From the IMG/VR virus record IMGVR_UViG_3300045911_000567, positions 12,914-76,913 of that record: a DNA stretch of 64,000 nt; one strand, written 5' to 3'. The notes under the pieces were generated by a model, which had not been told where the DNA came from, ran no database searches, and worked only from the letters and a program-made list of their open reading frames with translations. Both the position numbers and the translations under genes were made by a program. The stretch is from a virus. Positions 19,525-28,567 of this stretch are shown here, in pieces; the stretch's first letter is position 1; every line of letters starts with the position of its first letter.

Positions 19525-20884
19525 TATTAGAGAACCTTAATACTACCTGAAATGGGTATGATAGCGGCGTTTTAGTTGATCTATAGATGGGTCTTCCGTC
19601 TGTGAAATTTCCACTTCTATTATATGTATCTATAACTCGTCCGCGATGAATAACTCTAATATGTTTGCTTCTTGCAAGATCGCTCGGAGCAATAACGACT
19701 CCGCCCCTATTCGAGAACTCCGACTGCTTTAACAGAAAACCTTTCTTAAATCCATCATTTGGTTTTCTTACAGAAGAACACCCACGCAATGATATATTCT
19801 CCATTTCAGTCCAAATGAATTGAGCTGGAAATCTAACTCCATTTCTTCTAATTCTTATTAGCTCTTGTCTGATTTTAGAATGAATTGATCTATATTTTGA
19901 GCATTGACGCTTCGTGGGACCAATAAAACCTTTTCTATCTGGATCGAGACAGTTATATTCATCTACCCAAAAATAGGCAGTTTCGCACCTATTAGCAAAC
20001 TCCTCGAAGTATTGTTGTAATGGACGGCCGCTGTTTATCCAATTCTTCGATACGTTTGGCACACCCAACGCTCTGAGTCGTCTATATTCTTTTTCCCAGA
20101 ATGATTTTCTTTCAGGAAACCCTATATCTAATCCATCTGTGTTTACTATACAAGGGGCTTTAACTAATGGAAATAATCCATGATCTTCTATATAATCTGC
20201 TCCAGTTCTGCGCCGATTGATGCTATTTCCTCCCAAAGGATTCCAGATTACTCTACAATTAGGAAACAATTCTCTCGTCCAATTCACCAAAATTTTTCCA
20301 GATTGCCAGGATAAATTGCTCTCTAATACCGGAGAAATTCTACATTGAGTGTGCGCTGGCAAATGCTTAGCCAAAAATTTTCTAAGATTAGCTGTGTATT
20401 TGATGAAGTCTCGCTTCAGTTGTACATTATTTCTCGATTTAACTGCGGAATCAAAATCTTTCAGAGATTTGAACCTCCATAAAAATTCATGATTTTCCAG
20501 TCTATTATTTCTTAGTCCTGGGTTATTCATTAAATGAATATCGAGATATTCAACTATATTTTGGTTTAATGTTTTCTTTAAACAGTCATATCTTCTATCA
20601 TAGCTGTCAGATTTCAATTCGGACTCTTTACCAAAAGTATTATAAAGGAATGCAATTTGAATTGGAGTTATGCCTTGAATAGATGACAAAAACTCTCTGC
20701 ATCTAAATCCAGGATGGGCAATGGCAAATGGAGCTACACCGATGTTTGGAAGTGAGTCTTTGCTGTCCAACGCGGTATTTGCATATGTATATATGTCGGT
20801 TTTAATATCTGGTCGATTGACTGCAAAAAAAGCTGCAACCAAAATAAGAACAAATGCTGATATCCATTTAATCATAATTGCCAC
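19481..20884 (-). CDS. Exported or membrane-anchored protein with C-terminal FLWKP-type domain
   Basis: N-terminal signal/TM; DG..KGFLLKQSE..GVVIAP..GR..YR..VDNP..RND. Confidence 0.7.
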   Translation of the reverse strand: MAIMIKWISAFVLILVAAFFAVNRPDIKTDIYTYANTALDSKDSLPNIGVAPFAIAHPGFRCREFLSSIQGITPIQIAFLYNTFGKESELKSDSYDRRYDCLKKTLNQNIVEYLDIHLMNNPGLRNNRLENHEFLWRFKSLKDFDSAVKSRNNVQLKRDFIKYTANLRKFLAKHLPAHTQCRISPVLESNLSWQSGKILVNWTRELFPNCRVIWNPLGGNSINRRRTGADYIEDHGLFPLVKAPCIVNTDGLDIGFPERKSFWEKEYRRLRALGVPNVSKNWINSGRPLQQYFEEFANRCETAYFWVDEYNCLDPDRKGFIGPTKRQCSKYRSIHSKIRQELIRIRRNGVRFPAQFIWTEMENISLRGCSSVRKPNDGFKKGFLLKQSEFSNRGGVVIAPSDLARSKHIRVIHRGRVIDTYNRSGNFTDGRPIYRSTKTPLSYPFQVVLRFSNNVCYKVDNPRIRND

Positions 20885-20896
20885 ACTTAATATATA

Positions 20897-21886
20897 TCAA
20901 ACTTTTGCCCATGACGCCAGACGCAATTTCGCTTCCAATCCTGAATATGTTCGATTTTCGATTTCGGCGAGGATTTCATTCTCTGTAAGTCCAGACAATA
21001 TCATATCATTAATATCCTTTGCTTGATTTTTTTCGTTCCATATGCAAATCGAAAATCCATGATCGATTGCCTTTCTCATTAGTGCTATGATTTGTTTGTT
21101 TCTTGGTTCGTTGTCAAATATGTAAGTTACATTATATTCAGAAAAAATGCTCTTAACTTTTTCTAAATTCGAACCAATTGCAGCAACGCAATTGGGTAAA
21201 AACAAACTATCTATCGGTCCTTCGACCACGTATATTTTTTTATTAAAATCTATCGTCTCCAGCCCGAAAATCAATTCTTCGTTTGTTTTATTTTTTACTG
21301 TAATATACCTCAAATTACTGTTACCAAGTGCCCTGCCTTGCAATCCTATTAAATTTCCAGAGCGACTAAAAATTGGAAAAACGATTCTGGGTTCTTTTCT
21401 GAGAGAATATTCTTCTTGAAATAAATCCTCTACTAATGCTGCAAAATTTTCTGTATAATATATGCGTTCTTGATTTATTATTTTACGCGAGTCTAGATAT
21501 TGTCTGGCTGGATGATTGTCGGTCAAATCGACAATTTTTTTGATTAGAATACTCGATAGTTCAATAGAAGGGGATTCTGTTTTTTCTGGTTCTGAAGTAG
21601 ACTGAATGGAATTGTTAGCTCCAAACTTTTCAAAAATATATTCTTTATAGATGTTATGAAAATTGTTTTTCAGAAAAGATGCAAATGTCGTTCCTACTCC
21701 GCAATTATGACACCGATAAAATAATGATTGATTTTTCTCGTATATATAGCCCCTTGCCTTCGTTGAATTAGTTTTGCTATCTCCGCAAATAGGGCAAGAA
21801 AAATTATATAAATGACTTTTCTTTTGTCTGAAATTTCTTACATACGGAGAAATGTAAGAAACATATTTTAAGTCAATATAAAGCAT
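20897..21886 (-). CDS. gp61: DNA primase
   Basis: CPICGDS..CHNC zinc finger; TOPRIM VVEGPIDSLF, FDNEPRN, KDINDM. Confidence 0.96.
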   Translation of the reverse strand: MLYIDLKYVSYISPYVRNFRQKKSHLYNFSCPICGDSKTNSTKARGYIYEKNQSLFYRCHNCGVGTTFASFLKNNFHNIYKEYIFEKFGANNSIQSTSEPEKTESPSIELSSILIKKIVDLTDNHPARQYLDSRKIINQERIYYTENFAALVEDLFQEEYSLRKEPRIVFPIFSRSGNLIGLQGRALGNSNLRYITVKNKTNEELIFGLETIDFNKKIYVVEGPIDSLFLPNCVAAIGSNLEKVKSIFSEYNVTYIFDNEPRNKQIIALMRKAIDHGFSICIWNEKNQAKDINDMILSGLTENEILAEIENRTYSGLEAKLRLASWAKV

Positions 21887-21906
21887 CGATCTAATATATC
21901 AGATCT

Positions 21907-22182
21907 TTATGTTTTTACCAAATCGCTAATTTTTTCCTTTAACTCTTCAACCGCAAGTTCAAGATGTATAATTCTTGATAATAAGTCATGTTTTTTCAGT
22001 GGACGAATTTGAGGCTTATCTACCACTGGCTTTGGTTTTTCTTTCTTTGCTTTTTTCAATTCTTTTGATTTCTCATTAACTCTGCGAGCTTTTGATAAAT
22101 CTAAGTGCTGAACAATCTCTTCAGCATTATCGTCAAACTTCTTATCTAATTCTTTAGATGTTAGTTTATTCTTTTTAGGCAT
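21907..22182 (-). CDS. Protein with BrnA/CopG-antitoxin-like N-terminus and C-terminal coiled coil
   Basis: ELDKKFDD..EEIVQHLDLSKARRVN. Confidence 0.55.
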   Translation of the reverse strand: MPKKNKLTSKELDKKFDDNAEEIVQHLDLSKARRVNEKSKELKKAKKEKPKPVVDKPQIRPLKKHDLLSRIIHLELAVEELKEKISDLVKT

Positions 22183-22184
22183 AA

Positions 22185-22535
22185 TTATTCTCCATAATGT
22201 TCTTTATATGTATCTAGTGATTTTCTAAGAAGAATAATGTGCTGTTTAATCTCTTCGATATTTATCGCAAGATTCTCATAATTTGAACTTGTTAATCCAA
22301 AAACAACAGGATCTATATTCTTATCTCGTAAACTCTGAAAAACCTGATCTGCATTATCTTCATGTATGACGACAAATGAAACATCCCTCAGTTTCAACTC
22401 AGGAGGGTAGGGCAAATTCAGCGCAAATTTTTTATTACACGGGGGACATGGAAGTTTTGTTGCTGAGCAAGAAGTCATAAGCAACATAATGCAAATTGCA
22501 CTCATGATGTGTTTTATTTTCTTTACAGAATTCAT
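22185..22535 (-). CDS. Outer-membrane spanin (Rz1-like lipoprotein)
   Basis: Lipobox LMTSC, Pro-rich segment, LT..NYENLA.N; downstream of i-spanin. Confidence 0.75.
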   Translation of the reverse strand: MNSVKKIKHIMSAICIMLLMTSCSATKLPCPPCNKKFALNLPYPPELKLRDVSFVVIHEDNADQVFQSLRDKNIDPVVFGLTSSNYENLAINIEEIKQHIILLRKSLDTYKEHYGE

Positions 22536-22695
22536 TTCTATCCTTCAAGTCATACACTACATTTATCGGTCTAATGATAGGTTCCATTATCGTTACTATC
22601 ATTCTATCTATTTCATGTATTGTCGAACATCCAAACAAACATATTGCTGTTAATATTATGAGCAATCTTTGCCCTTTGAAATATCCTTGAAACAT
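22435..22695 (-). CDS. Small putative lipoprotein
   Basis: Hydrophobic stretch plus LFGC lipobox; start uncertain. Confidence 0.45.
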   Translation of the reverse strand: MFQGYFKGQRLLIILTAICLFGCSTIHEIDRMIVTIMEPIIRPINVVYDLKDRNEFCKENKTHHECNLHYVAYDFLLSNKTSMSPV

Positions 22696-23063
22696 TTAAA
22701 TACTTCTTTAGTTGCTAAGTTAGCTTTCTTTTCGATTAAAGAAGACTTTTTTAGCGCAAGCTCTCCCAGTGACTTCTTTCCTCTCGCTTTTCTATTTAGC
22801 TTATCTTCTAACTCTTTAATTTTCTCGCCTGCTTTTCGTTCTGCTAATTGAAAAGTTAGCAGTCTTTGTCGAACTGCTTCTGACTCTTTAATCAATAATT
22901 CTATTGCTTTCTCTTGAGAATGAACTAAAATAGTCAACTCCGCATTTTCTTTGGATAATCTTTCTATCTTTGCGCTTGTGCGATAATAGTAAACACCGGC
23001 AGTAGACAAAACTGATGCTATTAGTAAAAATCCTATAACATATCTATTTGCTAATAGTGACAT
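22656..23063 (-). CDS. Inner-membrane spanin (Rz-like)
   Basis: N-terminal TM, long coiled coil, C-terminal Cys; ATG at 23063. Confidence 0.75.
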   Translation of the reverse strand: MSLLANRYVIGFLLIASVLSTAGVYYYRTSAKIERLSKENAELTILVHSQEKAIELLIKESEAVRQRLLTFQLAERKAGEKIKELEDKLNRKARGKKSLGELALKKSSLIEKKANLATKEVFKCFKDISKGKDCS

Positions 23064-23090
23064 AAAAATGCGGGGAGACAAGCTCCCCGC
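23064..23090 (-). terminator. Intrinsic terminator-like hairpin
   Basis: GCGGGGAG-N5-CTCCCCGC followed by ATTTTT. Confidence 0.65.
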
Positions 23091-23097
23091 TCCATTA

Positions 23098-24612
23098 TTA
23101 TTTTAAACACACCTTCTTTTTATCTGGACACTTAGAAATTTCGGTTTGCACCTTGTTTCTAAGTTTTAGGGTATCGGGAGCAGTTTTTTCGCGATTGCGG
23201 CAAGCTAATCTAGCTCCTCTTTGGGCATCACTTGCTTGTTTATACAATCTTTCTGTTAACCGTCGCAGCTTTCTCAACTTAGCTGTATTGACTATGTTAG
23301 CGCACTCTCCCGGACACAGAAATACTGTTGTTTCTAGTGAGTCTACAGTTAGAAGATATTCTTCCAGTAGTTTTTTTACTGTTCTAATAGATTTTTTGGA
23401 TCTATTAGTTAGTCTTCTGTCGCACTTCGACTGTTTTTGAAAATAAGGAACACTCCTATTACTTAGTTGTCTTCCCAGTCTTTTCAAACTAGGCTTATTG
23501 ATGTATATCTCAGTCGGAAGATCACATTTTGGGCTCTCCGGTGTGGGAGTTGGCTCCGGTGTGGGAGTTGGCTCCGGTTCTGGCTCTTGACAAGAAGAAC
23601 CATCGCCGCCACAGACGCCGCACGAATCGACTACGGAAGAGCCGTTAGGAACTCCGGCGCAATCTAAACATGTCGAGTTATTTCCGCCACAGACGCCGCA
23701 CGAATCGACTACAGAAGAGCCGTTAGGAACTCCGGCGCAGTCAGCACAAGTGGAACCATCACCACCACAGACACCACACTCGTCTATTAGTTTATCTCCG
23801 TTTGGTGTTCCTGCACAATCCTGACAAGTCAACCCATCGTTTGATTTGTCGTTGTCACAAACACCACAAACATCGATGCTATTGTTTCCGTTAGGAACTC
23901 CAGCACAATCGGCACATGTAGAGCCATCGCCACCGCAGACTCCGCAAGCATCAACCACCGATACCTTATCAGGAGGAGTCAATTTGATGAGCTTTCCTGC
24001 GCAATCCACTTCACATGCTTTGCTATTTGAACTGGCTGTTGCAGTTTTACCCGTCAAAGACCAGACCAAATTACTTCCATTAAATGGAACTGAGAAAACA
24101 AAAGTTTGTCTGCCGACCAAAAATTGTGTTGGCTGTCCTCTGTTTTCTGGGCTAGGAGTAAACTTATTTCTGCTTCCTACAGGAACATTAACTGTTACTC
24201 CATTAGTATTATTTGTTCCGAAAAAAGCCACAAATTCATTATCTCCCTTTTTCTGAACACACTCTAAAACAGGAGAAACCTGAAGTTCCGGTTCTGGTGT
24301 AGGAACTACACACTGCCGATAAAACCACTTACCGTCACAGCCCGCTTTCACATATACCCCCGAGAGCTGTTTATTTTTTGTGAAGGTTCCGGATTTTCCT
24401 TGTTTTAGATTATCAAATTTAAACTGAGAGTTATCGCAAAATTTCAATATGACATGCGACAAGTCCTTAGATGAAGAGACAGAAACAGAGTTTCCGTCTC
24501 CTGAGAAATTAGCTATAAAAGGTGCGCCACTGGGGTTTGTAGCATTACTCGTAGAAAGACAACAAGCAAAGATCAATAAAACAAACACATTTTTTTTCAT
24601 AATAAGTCTCAC
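23098..24612 (-). CDS. Secreted Cys-rich repeat protein
   Basis: Signal peptide; about five D-x-CGVC-GG/DCAG-x-PNG repeats; EPTPTP linker; helical C-terminal domain. Confidence 0.8.
   Translation of the reverse strand: MRLIMKKNVFVLLIFACCLSTSNATNPSGAPFIANFSGDGNSVSVSSSKDLSHVILKFCDNSQFKFDNLKQGKSGTFTKNKQLSGVYVKAGCDGKWFYRQCVVPTPEPELQVSPVLECVQKKGDNEFVAFFGTNNTNGVTVNVPVGSRNKFTPSPENRGQPTQFLVGRQTFVFSVPFNGSNLVWSLTGKTATASSNSKACEVDCAGKLIKLTPPDKVSVVDACGVCGGDGSTCADCAGVPNGNNSIDVCGVCDNDKSNDGLTCQDCAGTPNGDKLIDECGVCGGDGSTCADCAGVPNGSSVVDSCGVCGGNNSTCLDCAGVPNGSSVVDSCGVCGGDGSSCQEPEPEPTPTPEPTPTPESPKCDLPTEIYINKPSLKRLGRQLSNRSVPYFQKQSKCDRRLTNRSKKSIRTVKKLLEEYLLTVDSLETTVFLCPGECANIVNTAKLRKLRRLTERLYKQASDAQRGARLACRNREKTAPDTLKLRNKVQTEISKCPDKKKVCLK
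23536..23739. repeat. Intragenic repeats: 18-nt tandem x2, and near-identical 56-nt copies with 78-nt period
   Basis: CTCCGGTGTGGGAGTTGG x2 (23536-23571); 23606-23661 versus 23684-23739 differ at one base. Confidence 0.9.
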
Positions 24613-24621
24613 TCCTATATG

Positions 24622-24662
24622 TATATATTAAAATTTTAACACACCACTCTTTCGAAGTCAAT
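24622..24662 (-). promoter_or_regulatory. Sigma70-type promoter for the Cys-rich gene
   Basis: TTGACT-N17-TAAAAT; AGGAG RBS downstream. Confidence 0.55.
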
Positions 24663-24666
24663 AATA

Positions 24667-25056
24667 TCAGTGCATAATAATATCTTTTGGTGGATATGGA
24701 AGTGAATCTATTTCCATCTGACCCAACAGATAAACATCCATAGCATCCTCTTGAATCATCTTGGATTTCTGATAAAACCGATTGATCATTAGTATGGTGT
24801 CTAATGGATCGTTTTCCAAGTATGCTTTTTTTAATCTTTCCAATTCCTCAAACATAGTGGCCATCATGGATAGATACAAATCAATACGAGAATCCATTAC
24901 CGAGCCTTTTTTACTTTTATTCTTGGCTTTGAGTATTTCTTGATACAAAGACTCTAGACTTTCTGGTAAAACTTTTTCTATGAGATCCTTTAAATTCATA
25001 TTAATGAACCTGCGATGATTGGTGTTTTCCAAAAATAACACCCCTACAGAAAGCAT
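24667..25056 (-). CDS. Hypothetical protein (probable start MNLKDL)
   Basis: Helical ORF in the operon. Confidence 0.55.
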   Translation of the reverse strand: MLSVGVLFLENTNHRRFINMNLKDLIEKVLPESLESLYQEILKAKNKSKKGSVMDSRIDLYLSMMATMFEELERLKKAYLENDPLDTILMINRFYQKSKMIQEDAMDVYLLGQMEIDSLPYPPKDIIMH

Positions 25057-25342
25057 GTAAGTCTTTGCCGTTTTCTGTTATTGCACATATGAATATCGCA
25101 GTTTCGAATATTCTCGATTTCAATAAATCAACATCAGATTCATGCCCGAATGTTTTTCTAAATGTCACGGATATTAAATCATTGAGGCGAAATGTTAGGG
25201 TGTCTAGATCTTCTGATATGATTGATGTTATTGCTGCCACAAAAGGATAAATTTTTCCAACTTCCAGGCCACCGGCTTCTATAAGTTCAGTTGAAAGGAT
25301 TTTTGTTAATTGCTTACTCATTTTTTTTATCATAGCTAACAA
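25001..25342 (-). CDS. Hypothetical protein
   Basis: ORF in the operon. Confidence 0.55.
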   Translation of the reverse strand: MLAMIKKMSKQLTKILSTELIEAGGLEVGKIYPFVAAITSIISEDLDTLTFRLNDLISVTFRKTFGHESDVDLLKSRIFETAIFICAITENGKDLHAFCRGVIFGKHQSSQVH

Positions 25343-26101
25343 TTATCTTTCTAGCAAATAATCTTTAAATTTCTTTTTAGGAAGTTTCTTAACTATCGGT
25401 TCTTGCAAACCAGCAACGCCGCCGGCGCCTACTGAATTAGCAGGAATATCTTCTTCAACTTTTTTGAGTCTTGTATAATAATCCGGCTTTTCTTTCAGGT
25501 GTGCCAGCACTATTTTGGCTAAATCTTCTTTTGTATTCGCTACACGAAGTTCTGGATCTGTGCTATGTTCTTGTTCAACCTCCAGCCCTTGTCTAAATTG
25601 ATTCAAATCGACTTTGGTCCAATCCACGCCCAATCTATTGCCTATTTCCTGTGCTTCCTGCTTTGAAATTTTTTCTATCTTTTCTTCAAGTAGTGCTAAA
25701 TGATTAAGAGCAGAAATATTTTCTTGTAGTAGTTGCAGTTGATTTGTAAAACTGGAATATAATAGATCAATGTCTTCATATTTTTCGAGATTATTCTCTT
25801 CTTTCAGCAAAAATAGTGCGGCGGCGAAATTTGCAAGACGAGTCCTGCCAGCCGGTAGTTTAGATATGATTTTCTTGAGGTTGAGAATTATCACATCAAA
25901 AATAGTAAATGATAATTTTTCTTCGCTTTTGGTGAGAGTGCTGCGTTTTCTGAGTATATTTCCTTCGGCATCTATAATACCAAATTTATATGCCTTCCAA
26001 TTCGAAAAAGGCGTAGCAAGTCGTTTTATAAACTGATAAATCAAAAAAGAATCGAATACAACCGACTCGTTAATTAATTCCGATTTGAGTTTATTCCTCA
26101 T
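25343..26101 (-). CDS. Conserved T4-like putative virion protein with inserted DUF5661-like domain
   Basis: YQFIKRL..PF..W.AYK.GIID..GN.L; GLEVEQEH..AHLKE.PDYYTRL; EEDIPANSVG tail. Confidence 0.7.
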   Translation of the reverse strand: MRNKLKSELINESVVFDSFLIYQFIKRLATPFSNWKAYKFGIIDAEGNILRKRSTLTKSEEKLSFTIFDVIILNLKKIISKLPAGRTRLANFAAALFLLKEENNLEKYEDIDLLYSSFTNQLQLLQENISALNHLALLEEKIEKISKQEAQEIGNRLGVDWTKVDLNQFRQGLEVEQEHSTDPELRVANTKEDLAKIVLAHLKEKPDYYTRLKKVEEDIPANSVGAGGVAGLQEPIVKKLPKKKFKDYLLER

Positions 26102-26514
26102 TAGATTTGCCTCAGTGCAGCAGCAATTTTCATGTCTATGGGTATATCACTACTAATAATTGGTTTATCGTCTATTCCATAAATTACCGAAGGCATATAA
26201 TTTAGAAAAACCAAAAAAGTCTTTAGCTGCACCCAGAACTTTTTGTTCACTTTATAAAACAAAATTTTGGTTGCGGCTTCTGGACCAAAGACATTATAAA
26301 GCACAATGATATGATTTAGAATCAATCTCTCTTTCAGTTCGCCGTCCATAACATAACGATTCAATAGTCGTTTGATGTATTTAATTCTGGTCAGATCATC
26401 ATGAAATTCTTTAATATCAAGACAGCCAGGATTATTGTATGCCTTCATCGCATACATCATGAAACTATCTTCTGTTAGACACTCAAATCTTGGATCGAAT
26501 CCCATAGCAAACAT
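26101..26514 (-). CDS. Conserved T4-like phage protein
   Basis: YAMKAYNNP.C..EF.DDL.RIKYIKRLL, ERLILNHII.LYNVF. Confidence 0.8.
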   Translation of the reverse strand: MFAMGFDPRFECLTEDSFMMYAMKAYNNPGCLDIKEFHDDLTRIKYIKRLLNRYVMDGELKERLILNHIIVLYNVFGPEAATKILFYKVNKKFWVQLKTFLVFLNYMPSVIYGIDDKPIISSDIPIDMKIAAALRQI

Positions 26515-26521
26515 TTATTGC

Positions 26522-27343
26522 TTACGGAACTACTCTGGTTCCAGCTCCTTGTGCCAACGCAGCCGTAATAGTCAATATCGCCGATTGTGCTGTATTTGCA
26601 GTTCTAACAATTGTACCAGAGATTGACTGTGCATCAATTGATAGTTCTGCGCTTTCGGCAGGAACGGTTCCTGCAAAAACAACTTCAGTTGTGTTCAATT
26701 GCTGCGATGCTGTTAGAATTATTGGACCTAGTGTTCCATCTGTAGTGAGTTGCAAAGTTGCTCCTGCCGAAGCATCGACCTCCTCACTAAATGTAACTGC
26801 TACGCTCACAGGATCGTTTTGTTGCAAGGATGCTTGTACGAATTGAACATCTTCGATAGAAACTTCGACTAACGGTATTATCCTGGTTCCAGCTGCCGTA
26901 ATTGCAGATACAGGAACAACCAAGTTAGTAGCAGTATTGTCGGTTGCATCTTGAATTGCTCCTGTTAAGGGAGATGTTACAGCTAATGTTACTTCTTCGC
27001 TTTCTAGTGGAACTGTTCCACTAAATACTGCCTCGTTCGTATTCAGTTGCTGTAGGGCGGTTAATGTAATTGGACCTAAAGGACCTGTGTTCGACAATGT
27101 TAAAGTTGCTCCAGCAGGAACATTAACCCTTTCATTGAATCTAACGGTTACAGAGATTGGATCTCCTTGTGCATATGATGTTGCATCGAAAGCTACTGAT
27201 AATACATCGCCAGGACCAGCTTTTGTTGTGAGCTTTCCTATGGCAACGAAGATTTCTCCGGTGTCAGGATCGACCCACCCCTGATCTGTTGCTACTGCGT
27301 TTGGTGCAAATGCTGGTGGTCCGTTTAAAGTCCATAATGGCAT
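26522..27343 (-). CDS. Virion structural or decoration protein with two Ig-like repeats
   Basis: ATDQGWV N-terminal motif; duplicated DP.SV.V.F.E.V..AGATL.L..GPI.LTA.QQLNT.E.VF.GTVP. Confidence 0.7.
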   Translation of the reverse strand: MPLWTLNGPPAFAPNAVATDQGWVDPDTGEIFVAIGKLTTKAGPGDVLSVAFDATSYAQGDPISVTVRFNERVNVPAGATLTLSNTGPLGPITLTALQQLNTNEAVFSGTVPLESEEVTLAVTSPLTGAIQDATDNTATNLVVPVSAITAAGTRIIPLVEVSIEDVQFVQASLQQNDPVSVAVTFSEEVDASAGATLQLTTDGTLGPIILTASQQLNTTEVVFAGTVPAESAELSIDAQSISGTIVRTANTAQSAILTITAALAQGAGTRVVP

Positions 27344-27359
27344 GGTATGTTACTCCTGA

Positions 27360-27917
27360 TTAAAATCCTAATTTTCTTAACTTATTTATCACTTCCGATG
27401 CCGATGTCCTTTGTATTGCTAGACCGCCGGCTGTTCTCCATTCATTGCAATTCTTATCGTAATCATCTATCAGTAGGTTTGGTTCGCCCTTGACATTTTT
27501 TGCAAATAACTGTTTTTGTGAGCGAGAAACCAAATGAATATTATCTACATTATTTATTCCAAGATGATCCTTAACCCATTGAAGTTTGTCGCGTTCGCAA
27601 ATGTCTCTATTCATTGAAGTTGTTGCACTCAAGATGTTTGGTTTGTATTTTTTGACTGCTTCCCATAATTTTTTGCCGTCTCTTAACCATCTCAAAGTCT
27701 GCCAAAAGTTTGGTTGTTGATATATGATTGACCAGCGAATATCATTAGCTTCGGTTTCGGAATATTCCTTAAGCCAAAATGAATGATGAAATTTCGGATA
27801 ACCAAATTTTTCTAAAATTTGATCTGCGCCTCTAGTAAAATCAACCAAGGTTTCGTCTAAATCCAGATATATTGTGGGCAAAGATTTGTCAATAATATAA
27901 GATTTCAAACTTTTCAT
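27360..27917 (-). CDS. HAD-family 5'(3')-nucleotidase-like phosphatase
   Basis: YLDLDETLVDF, ILSA, K..W, LIDD..N..W..GG.AI. Confidence 0.85.
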   Translation of the reverse strand: MKSLKSYIIDKSLPTIYLDLDETLVDFTRGADQILEKFGYPKFHHSFWLKEYSETEANDIRWSIIYQQPNFWQTLRWLRDGKKLWEAVKKYKPNILSATTSMNRDICERDKLQWVKDHLGINNVDNIHLVSRSQKQLFAKNVKGEPNLLIDDYDKNCNEWRTAGGLAIQRTSASEVINKLRKLGF

Positions 27918-27931
27918 TATCTTAAATCAAA

Positions 27932-28531
27932 CTAATCTCTGTCATTTCCTTTGAATTGAGGCTGCTCATGCGGAAGATCGCCCATAGCATCAATTAATAA
28001 AGGAAGTAGAACAGATTCATAATTTTCATACACACTTAATATATCATATAGATCCTCTTTTCTCTTTGCTCCCGGAAGGTGAGGCGCAGGAATTATTTCA
28101 GGCATTCCTGTAGCATATGTCACTAGTGCTCTATAGGCTGTTCTTTCTGAATCGGGTCTAATATCGTCCGCTGCTCGTTGTGTCAAATCTATATCGGAAA
28201 TAATGTCGATGTGTTTCGGTAGATTCCTATCTCTCATTGTCACAGCAGATGCCGGTTCTTTGGAAGCGACCTGACACGATTCATTTACTGATGCTAGTTC
28301 GGATTCTTTTTCCTGTTCTGACTCAAGCTGCTCGTTTTCTTCTGCCTCATCTTTTGCTTCGGTTTCTCCTAGTGTAGGTAAGCCAGAATGGGCTGCGGTT
28401 TTTTTTGCTTTGCTAGTGCAGTCACACCCTTGTTCGTGCACAGTGCACGTTTGTTCGGATAAACTTTTGTTCAATATACTGGAAACCGCATCAATTAATG
28501 ATTGTGATATACCTAAATCTTTGAATGACAT
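27932..28531 (-). CDS. Acidic late protein (possible head internal protein)
   Basis: CTAAATA at 28556-28562 and AGGAG RBS; LSE/VNE sites. Confidence 0.6.
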   Translation of the reverse strand: MSFKDLGISQSLIDAVSSILNKSLSEQTCTVHEQGCDCTSKAKKTAAHSGLPTLGETEAKDEAEENEQLESEQEKESELASVNESCQVASKEPASAVTMRDRNLPKHIDIISDIDLTQRAADDIRPDSERTAYRALVTYATGMPEIIPAPHLPGAKRKEDLYDILSVYENYESVLLPLLIDAMGDLPHEQPQFKGNDRD

Positions 28532-28567
28532 ATTTCTCTCCTTGCAGTAGTATATTATTTAGTTATT

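Noticed and set aside
23536-23960. Repeats as a CRISPR array or DGR template/variable pair
   Set aside because: They are in-frame coding repeats with no unique spacers, no adenine-specific variation and no reverse transcriptase.
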